Positions 41,381-50,300 of a DNA stretch of 64,000 nucleotides are shown here, one piece after another. Numbering within the stretch: the stretch's first letter is position 1; every line of letters starts with the position of its first letter. Source of the DNA: a virus (Duplodnaviria > Caudoviricetes). Location: the IMG/VR virus record IMGVR_UViG_3300047159_000056, positions 96,001-160,000 of that record, one strand, 5' to 3'. The notes under the pieces were generated by a model. It ran no database searches, had not been told where the DNA came from, and was given only the letters and a program-made list of their open reading frames with translations. The position numbers were made by a program, and so were the translations under genes.

Positions 41381-42045
41381 AATACTCTATTTACATGTTT
41401 TATATATGCCTTAGATAGTCTACTTTCACTATTATATGGATTTTTATAATAATCATTCAGAGCTTCTTTCAAAGACTTATATGATTTATCAGTTCCATAA
41501 TTATAAGTTTTACTCTTAGTATTATAGTATAGTGCGTCATCAGGATTATCCATCTGAAGAGCCTCTATATCATTGCTCCCAGTATATGTTGGTTCAAATG
41601 TTCCCATAACTGGTATATTAACATAGGCTCGTGGATCTTTAGTTATTCTATATTCTTTAACTATTTCTGGAGTAAATTTCTTTTGATTTTTCATTAACTT
41701 CAGATAATCACTGGATAAATTATATCTTTGGGGAACTATGAATTTTTTGTAGTCGTAGTCATATTTATTGTTGAGACTATTTTCCGCGTCACTCCAATCA
41801 ACATCGGGAGAAACATCGTCATTTCTATGTCTATAAGCATCAATTCCTCCATGTATAGCACCAATAGTTCCACTAATAGCCGATCCAATTAAGGCACCTT
41901 TTCCACCGTCATTTACTGCCCAGCTTCCTATGCCTCCTCCTATTAGTGCACCTCCTATAACTCCGGGAATTGCTTGTATATATGCACCCTTTGCTACTTT
42001 TTTAAATGTACTATCAGAGAAATTTTTTATTCTTGGTAATATCAT
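41377..42045 (-). CDS. KxFS-leader glycine-zipper protein
   Basis: MILPRIKNFS; glycine zipper; close paralogue of 42042..42707. Confidence 0.75.
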   Translation of the reverse strand: MILPRIKNFSDSTFKKVAKGAYIQAIPGVIGGALIGGGIGSWAVNDGGKGALIGSAISGTIGAIHGGIDAYRHRNDDVSPDVDWSDAENSLNNKYDYDYKKFIVPQRYNLSSDYLKLMKNQKKFTPEIVKEYRITKDPRAYVNIPVMGTFEPTYTGSNDIEALQMDNPDDALYYNTKSKTYNYGTDKSYKSLKEALNDYYKNPYNSESRLSKAYIKHVNRVL

Positions 42046-42707
42046 AATACTCTATTTACATGTTTTATATATTCTCTGGATAATCTATCTTTATTTTCTT
42101 TGTTTTTATAGTAATCATTTAAAATGTCTTTTAATGACTTAAATGATTTGTCAGAACCATAATTATAAGTTCTTGTATCCATATTATAAAAGATAGCGTT
42201 ATCTGAGTTTGCCATTTTTAAAAGGAATATATCTTTACTTCCGTTATAGATAGGAGCCAAACTTCCTATTACTGGTATATTAAGATTAGAACTAGGATTT
42301 TTAGTTATCACATATTCTTTAATTATTTCAGGAATAAATTTCTTTTGATTTCCCATAAGCTTAATAAAATCTCTTGGAAGGATATTCTGTTTAGGCATTA
42401 TGAATTTTTTGTAGTCATAATCATACTTACCAGTTAGGCTATTTTCTGCATCATCCCAGTCAATCTTATCGTATCTATGTTTATAAGCATAAATTCCTCC
42501 CAAAATAGACCCAGCTAATCCAGCCCCTGTTCCTACTAATCCTGAGCCTATTAATCTATGGGCCCTTTTTCTTTTGTCCTCTCTATTGGCTGCTTTTTTT
42601 AACTTATTAGCCCACTCCTCATCTTTCTCATCCCAATCTTCTGGTAGAGAATTAGTAAATGTTTTAATTCTCTTATCATTATCAGAGAATAATCTTCTAA
42701 GTATCAT
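42042..42707 (-). CDS. KxFS-leader glycine-zipper protein
   Basis: MILRRLFS; shares DW.DAENSL..KYDYDYKKFI and YIKHVNRVL with 41377..42045. Confidence 0.75.
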   Translation of the reverse strand: MILRRLFSDNDKRIKTFTNSLPEDWDEKDEEWANKLKKAANREDKRKRAHRLIGSGLVGTGAGLAGSILGGIYAYKHRYDKIDWDDAENSLTGKYDYDYKKFIMPKQNILPRDFIKLMGNQKKFIPEIIKEYVITKNPSSNLNIPVIGSLAPIYNGSKDIFLLKMANSDNAIFYNMDTRTYNYGSDKSFKSLKDILNDYYKNKENKDRLSREYIKHVNRVL

Positions 42708-42876
42708 CGCTCCCTGTTAAAAAGTTAAACCCTTTTCTAATAGCTCTCTTGGTTCTGGCACCAGTTCTTACTTCGTTCTCATAGGATTTATAAACTTTTC
42801 CCATAATTCCTCCGCTTCCAGTACCAGCTCCAAGGGTATTATCTTCTGTAAAATACTTTCGTCTCTTAATTAGCAT
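42697..42876 (-). CDS. 59-aa KxFS-leader protein (start reassigned from 42987)
   Basis: ATG at 42876 gives MLIKRRKYFTEDNTLGAGTGSGG.., matching the leader and removing most of the overlap with the upstream gene. Confidence 0.65.
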   Translation of the reverse strand: MLIKRRKYFTEDNTLGAGTGSGGIMGKVYKSYENEVRTGARTKRAIRKGFNFLTGSDDT

Positions 42877-43288
42877 AGTTATTATCACACAGGCTAAACA
42901 GATATTTATATTTATTGATTTCTTGAATAAATGTTTCTGTTTCACTTGATAGACCTTTATATACTGTATCACTAGGGATAGACTCATAAAAATCTGTAGC
43001 TGCGTCTAGAACCTCATCAATGAAAGATACTGCGTCAGATGCTGCTGCTGGAACTGCTTCTACATCATTTGGTCCCATTTTTCCTAAGATTCCCATATAA
43101 CCTTCTGCTACTGTATCCTGATAATCTGATACAATTCCAAGAAAATCATCTAAGTAAGTATGAATATTTTTCTTAGGTGCTGCCCAATGAAGGTTTTTAC
43201 ATTTTGTTTTAAAGCCTTCAAGTTTACCAATGTAGTCTAGGAAAACTCTATTGTCTTCACTATACTGAGTTTGTTTGAATTTAATCAT
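42866..43288 (-). CDS. KxFS-leader (variant) ferritin/Dps-like four-helix-bundle protein
   Basis: MIKFKQTQYS; NLHW..IHTYLDDF..YQDTVAEGYMG matches the Dps-type H-W..H..D..E spacing. Confidence 0.65.
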   Translation of the reverse strand: MIKFKQTQYSEDNRVFLDYIGKLEGFKTKCKNLHWAAPKKNIHTYLDDFLGIVSDYQDTVAEGYMGILGKMGPNDVEAVPAAASDAVSFIDEVLDAATDFYESIPSDTVYKGLSSETETFIQEINKYKYLFSLCDNNYAN

Positions 43289-43290
43289 TT

Positions 43291-43824
43291 CTATTTTATA
43301 TTTTTACATTCTTTTATTAGGGAGATTAAGTAGTCTGTATACTCAATCACCGGGAGATCCACTTTTGATTTTGGATCCCTATTTACTTTTGGTCTATCAT
43401 AATCTTGCTCCCAGTCAGCATTAAGTCGAAACTTTTTATAATTTCTAGAATAAAAACTAATTAGATTTTCTTTAGTTATATCTTCTAGTCTCCCATCAAC
43501 TAACATCATAGGTTTTTCATCTTTTTCGTTCCAAACTATAAGATTATCTGTATCATCGTCCATCACTTCCATGTCTAGCAAGATAAGACAACCAGAATTA
43601 ACTCTCACATCAAAAGAACAAGATTTCTGTAGAACAAATACTGGATCTGTTTCATATACTATGTCAGGTATTTTCTGATATAGACTTTCCAGTTTTTGAT
43701 TATTCATTACCTCTACCAAGTCACTTACTATAGGATTATTTCCAATTAAGCTTTGAGAATTAATAGAACCTTCAACTAGTTTCTTAGAATATGTATCTGA
43801 GAAGTTAATTCTTTTTAGTATCAT
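43291..43824 (-). CDS. KxFS-leader protein, soluble domain distantly like the neighbours' C-terminal domain
   Basis: MILKRINFS; DNLIVWN..LISFY..EYTDYLI; TAG stop. Confidence 0.65.
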   Translation of the reverse strand: MILKRINFSDTYSKKLVEGSINSQSLIGNNPIVSDLVEVMNNQKLESLYQKIPDIVYETDPVFVLQKSCSFDVRVNSGCLILLDMEVMDDDTDNLIVWNEKDEKPMMLVDGRLEDITKENLISFYSRNYKKFRLNADWEQDYDRPKVNRDPKSKVDLPVIEYTDYLISLIKECKNIK

Positions 43825-44419
43825 TTTCTTTCTTTTCTTTTTTTACAGTATGTTTTCCTATAATTTTTCCAATCTGTCTTGCACCATAACCTAGAGCTAT
43901 TGGAACTGCTACTCTAGCCACAGCATTTTTTACAAGTTCAGATTTTCCAAGTCTCTTTGCTTTTTCCAGTTATAATAGTCTTTCCTATATTTTTCCATTT
44001 CTTTTTCATGCTTTTTATACTTATGTAATTGTTTTGCATAGGCATAAGCAGCTAAGCCAATTGGAATAGAAGCTCCTAAGATAGCTCCCTTTCTTCCCGC
44101 TTTTTTAGTTCTTTCACTATTATTTACTTTAATATCTAGAACAGAATCTATTAGTGGTTTCTTTTTATTAATATAGTCCTTTACATTTTCTCCAGCCCTA
44201 TTTACCATGTCATAGAATTCTTTTTTCTGACGTTTCTTAGAAATTGATCTTGCGAGTTGACTAACATTATAAGCACTATAAGGTGTAGTAGGACCAGCTA
44301 ATAAAACTAATCCTGTAGCTGCGGCTGATGGATTTAAAACTCGCTTAGGCATTCTTGGTTTACCAGATTTTTTAGTTTCATCATTAGACTTAGAAGAAAA
44401 TCTTTTTTAGTATTATCAT
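43821..44419 (-). CDS. KxFS-leader membrane protein, broken by two homopolymer indels (track ORF 43930..44352)
   Basis: Removing one A at 44403-44408 gives MIILKRFSSKSNDETKKSGKPRMPK..; adding one A near 43961-43965 extends to ..VAVPIALGYGARQIGK..KERK*, whose TGA overlaps the next ATG (ATGA). Confidence 0.65.
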
Positions 44420-44444
44420 AAGTTTTTATTTTTAAGAGGATTGG

Positions 44445-44469
44445 GAGAAGGGAAGTTAGATCCCCTCTC
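44445..44469 (-). terminator. Stem-loop downstream of the tail tube gene
   Basis: GAGAGGGGA-TCTAACT-TCCCTTCTC (9 bp, one G-U); no clear U-tract. Confidence 0.4.
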
Positions 44470-44479
44470 TTTTTTCCTT

Positions 44480-45073
44480 TTAGATATTCTTATGCTCTCT
44501 ACTATAATGTTCAAATGTAAGAGTCATAGAAACGTCTGCACGATCGGTTTCACTATCAACCTCACCATTTTCATTTAGTGGAGCATCCTGGAATTGACAG
44601 TTATAGAAGTTAAGAACCTTAACATCAATACGCTGTGCATTGGTAATGATTAGTTGCCAGTCAGATACTAGGTCATCCTTTCTGAATGAATATCTTGTCT
44701 CTGGATCAGCAATTTTATTTCTCCAGTCTGTTGCGAAATAGGTAATAGAAGCATCCTCACGATCAACGAAACTCAGGGTAAGAGTTCCACTGGTGTTCTG
44801 ATTTGTTCTTTGTTCTATTCTCCATCCACCTCTCATTTGTTTTGTAATACCAGTTGCTGAATAATCAATACCTACCTGTACGCTATTCAATCTGGCGTTA
44901 ATAATGTCATCACCTGGATAGTAAACGATTTTAGGGGCATTAATACATTTTAACTCCCACATATCTCCTCTAAGGAATTCTTTATTATTATCCTTATAGG
45001 TATTCAGGTAATCGATAAATTGCATACGTCCACTATAATCTTTTGAACGTACTAAACTAGCTACTGTTGCCAT
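44480..45073 (-). CDS. Tail tube protein (T4 gp19-like)
   Basis: 197 aa; GTLTLSFVDRED..DW..FYNC..LTFEH tube-fold pattern; directly after a sheath-like gene. Confidence 0.75.
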   Translation of the reverse strand: MATVASLVRSKDYSGRMQFIDYLNTYKDNNKEFLRGDMWELKCINAPKIVYYPGDDIINARLNSVQVGIDYSATGITKQMRGGWRIEQRTNQNTSGTLTLSFVDREDASITYFATDWRNKIADPETRYSFRKDDLVSDWQLIITNAQRIDVKVLNFYNCQFQDAPLNENGEVDSETDRADVSMTLTFEHYSREHKNI

Positions 45074-47355
45074 AGTTCTCTATTAAAATTTATTGTTATG
45101 TCTAGGCTAATGTCATTCTTTATGAGATCGCTCATTTTTGTGTCTAGACTTAATGTTACTTTATTATCGTAATAATCCAAATCCATGTAGACTATTGTAA
45201 TTGATCTAATGATAGAAAAATTATCAACAACTCTATCTAAGATTTTTTGTATATTGTTCTGAATCTTACCAGACATTTTTTCTCCAAGATAATTCCACTT
45301 ATTCTTTTCCAGTTCCCTAGAAATTTTACTTAGGACAAATCTTTGAAGTCCTGTGTTTTCTGGCTTTGTTCCGTCAAGATACGTTTTATAATAGTATTCC
45401 AGTCCATTATCTATTAGGTAATTAGACTTTTTCTCTTCGAGTTTCTTAATTAAGTCTGGTTTATCATTATATGTGTCTACTTGTGTTGCATCCATCGGGG
45501 TATCATAAACTATATTATCTGTTGTAATAGAATAGATATCACCCAATAGACCTTGTAAAAACATATAATATCCCGGCCTATAGTAACCATTTCCAATATA
45601 CATACTATTATAGAAATATACTAACCTATTATATGTATCTCCTATATAATTATACGTGTAATTGGTTGAGTTATTTTCTATTAAGATCTGGCAGTCTTTT
45701 GTTTCTGCTAAGTCTCCTAAGTCTTTATATATTTTATAATAAGACTCTTGGTAAATTGTATTGTCATAGTTTCCTATATTTGGCATTAAGAAAAAGTCGA
45801 ATATTATAGTGGAATCAAATAGTTTATCCAAGGATGTTCTGTATGAATCAGTTGTGTAAGATTCTTTCCATGACCTGGCTAGAACCCATGACCCTTCAGG
45901 TAATTCATTCTCTTCAACAACATATTTAATTTTTTCACCATCAGAATTTGTCCAGTAATTATTTAGTTTACAATAGACAAGTTTACTATTTTTGGATATT
46001 ACATAATCAAGTCTTTCTTCTCCTGTTTCAAAAATATATCCTTCATATATCTCAGAATAATCATACCTAGATATTGAAATTCTATAATTGTCTGTATCTA
46101 ATTTCTCTATACTAATTGTGATATCAGATTCAGGTCCATCCGTTCCAATAGTTTTACTCCAAAATTCTATTCTACTAGTATTTTCTGTATAGTCAGTTAA
46201 GATATCCTGTGTTTTGTCAAAGCTTGGTTTTAAATCTAGTATTGACATCTTATAGAAATATGTAACTGGGCTAGGAAAATCAGATACAATAAGAGTTTCC
46301 TGAGTTTCACTATCTACTGTTAAGCTATATCCTAGTTTCTGAATTTCTTCTATTAAGTCATCTGATGTACTTACTTCTACTGATTTATTATAATATTTTG
46401 GATCTACACTTCCTGTATCTCCATGCTTTATCATAACATAATTGCCTAAGTAATCTTTCAGAATAATATAATCTCCTTCAACTAGGGTAGTCCCTTTTAA
46501 GTTAAATGAATAAGCATAAGTCTGATAACCGTCCTTTATTTTATCTAAGTTTATTCCTTCTGTATTTATTATTTTATTGCTCTGAGAATAATTTATTTTT
46601 GCTATATCTCCACTAGTTGGATTTACTACTATGCTTTTTAGTTCTCCTAGTGATGATGCTGTATAATTGTAGCCATTAGGTATAGAACCCATTAAGACCC
46701 ACTTAGAATTATTATAGATGTAGTATTCTGTATAGTCTCTCTTAGCATACTCATGACCAAATGCTGGATGACAATAACTAACGTCTGTTCCAACTTTACA
46801 TAGTCTTAATGTATCCCTATTAAGAGAAGATGCAGAATTAACCCCAGTATTTTGAGAGAGATCATCTACATTTACATAGTTTTCTTGATCACTTAGCCAA
46901 ATTAATTTATCATACTTTAGCGCAGATAATCCAACATCATATTTTCCAGATTCTCTAATTACTTTATATATAATTTCGGGAGAGCCTACTTCTGGTAATG
47001 ACGAAAAAGAGTATTCACCTATTGTACTTCCTGTAAATGAAAAATCAGATTCAGTATAGTATAAATGTTCTACATTATTATAGATACTAAAATCTATATA
47101 ATCTTTTTGCCATTCATTAGGCTCCTTTGAGATTGGTTTATACAAAAATAATGTTACACCAGATAATAGGAGCTCATCAAAATAGTTTCTCTCTTTAAAA
47201 TTCTTTCCAAACCATATATCCAATTCATCTTTTGTATGAATAAGAATTGGCTTCTCATAGGACATATAGATATCTGGAACTTCTGCAAATATCATGAAGT
47301 CATCATATTCAGCAGTAACATAATTTATTTTTGTATTTCCTAATCTGATATACAT
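45061..47355 (-). CDS. Divergent second tail-sheath-like protein
   Basis: YEKPILIHTKDELDIWFG (sheath N-terminal P.L..S..E...FG pattern), FWSKTIG..ITISIE, C-terminal FVLSKISREL..IQKIL..; adjacent to the tube gene. Confidence 0.55.
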   Translation of the reverse strand: MYIRLGNTKINYVTAEYDDFMIFAEVPDIYMSYEKPILIHTKDELDIWFGKNFKERNYFDELLLSGVTLFLYKPISKEPNEWQKDYIDFSIYNNVEHLYYTESDFSFTGSTIGEYSFSSLPEVGSPEIIYKVIRESGKYDVGLSALKYDKLIWLSDQENYVNVDDLSQNTGVNSASSLNRDTLRLCKVGTDVSYCHPAFGHEYAKRDYTEYYIYNNSKWVLMGSIPNGYNYTASSLGELKSIVVNPTSGDIAKINYSQSNKIINTEGINLDKIKDGYQTYAYSFNLKGTTLVEGDYIILKDYLGNYVMIKHGDTGSVDPKYYNKSVEVSTSDDLIEEIQKLGYSLTVDSETQETLIVSDFPSPVTYFYKMSILDLKPSFDKTQDILTDYTENTSRIEFWSKTIGTDGPESDITISIEKLDTDNYRISISRYDYSEIYEGYIFETGEERLDYVISKNSKLVYCKLNNYWTNSDGEKIKYVVEENELPEGSWVLARSWKESYTTDSYRTSLDKLFDSTIIFDFFLMPNIGNYDNTIYQESYYKIYKDLGDLAETKDCQILIENNSTNYTYNYIGDTYNRLVYFYNSMYIGNGYYRPGYYMFLQGLLGDIYSITTDNIVYDTPMDATQVDTYNDKPDLIKKLEEKKSNYLIDNGLEYYYKTYLDGTKPENTGLQRFVLSKISRELEKNKWNYLGEKMSGKIQNNIQKILDRVVDNFSIIRSITIVYMDLDYYDNKVTLSLDTKMSDLIKNDISLDITINFNRELWQQ

Positions 47356-47359
47356 AATT

Positions 47360-50300
47360 TTATAATATATTTTTTATCTTAGGCAGGGATGAGGTTTTAT
47401 TTAATATAGATTTAGTATTAAAAGATTCTCGCTCCTTTTTAGCTTCATTTGATGCCTTACTAAATATACTTTTCATACTACCAATCTTACCTACAGATAT
47501 TGCTTCTCTAGGATTTTCTCCAACAATACTAAATGTAAGATTAAGATCGCTTCCACCTGGATCTATATCTCCAGATCTTTCTTCACTAAAATCTCTAAGA
47601 ACAACTAGGAGATCATACTTAGATATAGTTTCTAGTTGTGGAGTTAAAGAATATATAATACATCTAAATGTCACATTCTTGTACAAGGCTGGACAAATAA
47701 AAGATTTATCTATTGAAGTCAGTGCTCTTAATTTAACTGGTGTATAGTTTCCATTAGAATATCCATAATACCCTTGATCATGTGGTTCACTACTATAAAC
47801 AGAAGCATCAGCGCATCTTTCAAAGTATGTTCTCCAGGATTTATACTGATCATCTGCTATTGTTAGTCTCAGTTCATTTGTATATTCCATAGAGATAGGA
47901 TAATTTATTTCTCCATCATATAGCCCAAGAGATTTAGAATTCATCTTGCTCTTACTTAGATCAAATGAGGTGAATGGTATCCATTTATTATAGTCAGTAT
48001 TTACTCCATAATGAACCATATTCCAAACATTAATCTCATCTATACTTGGTAGATAAGAATAATATGCATTTTCATAACCAACAAAAGGATCAAATACTAT
48101 TTCCCAGAAAGAATTATCGTCTAAGGTATATACTCTTCCTCCTTTTGCTATATTGGCATTTGAAGTTGAAAATTTATCTACAGTTGTTGAGAATAAACTA
48201 TTTTTTAGAGTATCTTTTAAGTCTTCTACGGATTTTATATCAGATGGATAGGAACCACATAATTCTTGTAGAGTTGTTGTCATTCCCCAAGAGCTAATAT
48301 AATTCTCATGAAAAGTATATGGAGTTTCAGGTATATATCCTAATAATCCTTTACCAAGAGCTGCCTTAGCTGCATTTATTACTTTCTTGAAAAAACTTGT
48401 CTTAGCTACACTAGTTGTAATAGAAGTATCAGTTACATTTGAATGTTTAGTATCATGAATAGAAGTATTTATTCTGTTATTTCCATATTCCCATCCCTCA
48501 GTAGGAGTTTTCTTTTGAGGTCTATTTAATGGGGCCTCAGTATCTACCATAGAACTAGAAGATGCACTTTTCTTTACACTACTTATGATACTTGATAATG
48601 CTCTCTTACCAGCTAATACTACATCACCACTTTGAGCTAAATTTTGAATTACACCAGAATCTTTTCCAGGAAGTCTATCTCTATTGGATTTAGAAGCAAC
48701 TTCACTTACTCTTCTTGCAGCAACTAAGGCCATAAGAACAGTATCGAGCGCCTCTTCTCTAATATTAGTAGTAGTGTCTCCCGGTTTACTTCCTAAAGCC
48801 CACGTACCACTTTTACCAGGAATCCAACTAACAGATTTTTCAGCTAACCATCTAAGATATGTACTGGCGCTTAAGGCATTGCTCCAAGATACATTTAATT
48901 TATACTTAGCCATTTGAACAGTTCCTTGGTCTCTTATTATAGTTCCAAAAAGTTCTGATTCAAATTGCTCTACTTTATCCTGTGTAAGTTCCCCTCCGCT
49001 CAAGTATCTGCTCATAAGAGTTTTTACCTTACTAGCCCAACCTGTATCTAAGTTTTTATTATCTGCAAAATGAAGTAAGTTATCATAGTAAGAATCTAAG
49101 TTATCTCTAGAATTAAATACTTTCTCTAGTTCTTTCTCTTCATCATTTGCAGGACTAATTACTTTTGGTCTAACAGCTTCATCTACATTTCTGCTGGTTA
49201 TTGTTTCTAGTAATTCTTCTTCGCTCTTATCTTTTCCTGTATCTAATCTTGGTTTATCTTTATTTTCTAATCCAGTTTTTACATCTTCTGGACTATAAGA
49301 ATTTACTTTATCTTTTAGGAAATCTTCATCTAAGGTACCATTAGTTGCTTTATCTACTTTCTCATAACTTTTATCTAACTTATCTTGAAATCCAGTATGA
49401 GTAAAATCATCCCTTGTAGTATCTGTTTCAGAATCTCTTTTAAAATTACCTCCAAGGTTTGTTTTAGAAGTATCATCTTTTGAAGCATCCACTAAGGTAC
49501 TACTAAGACTATCTATTGGTGTTTCTTTATCTATATCTTTTACACCAAGTCTAGTATCATAAAGTTGACCATCACTTATATTCTCAAATTGTCCATGATC
49601 AGCCTCACCATTTGTATTAAGCTTACTAGTATCGTCTTTTGTAGCATCTATTAGAGTAGTACTAAGACCAGAATCAGTAGCTTTATTAGTTTCATCTCCT
49701 GGATTAATGGTATGTTTGTCAGTATCAATTACGTCATCCAAGAAAGTACTAAGTGGAGACTCTTTATCTTCTCCTATTACATCTTCTAGCTTATCACTAA
49801 GAGGAGAATCTTTATCACTACCTATTACATCATCTAAGAAAGTACTAAGTGGAGACTCTTTGTCACCTCCTATTATATCTTCTAGATCAGTACTTAAGGT
49901 AGCTTCATCAGGATTTGTTCCAGATGTTGTACTTTGACTAATATTCTCTAGGTCTGTACTAAGAGGATTATTACTTTCTACATAATTATCAACTGGCTCT
50001 AGTTTTGTACTTAGACTAGAGGGATCATTACTATCTCCCTGAACCTTTTCTACATTTCCCTCTAAGCTAGGATCTTCTCCTGGGTCTATCTTACTAACAT
50101 AGTCACTAAGAGGGGATTCTTTATCTTCTCCAAGTAAATTTTCTACCTCAGTACCTAGTGGGACATCTATATTAGTTGTTCCTATTATATCCTCTCGCTC
50201 TGTACCTAAGGGAACATCTATATTAGTGGTACCAATAATATTCTCTCGCTCTGTACCTAAGGGAACATCTATATTAGTAGTACCAATAATATTCTCTCGC

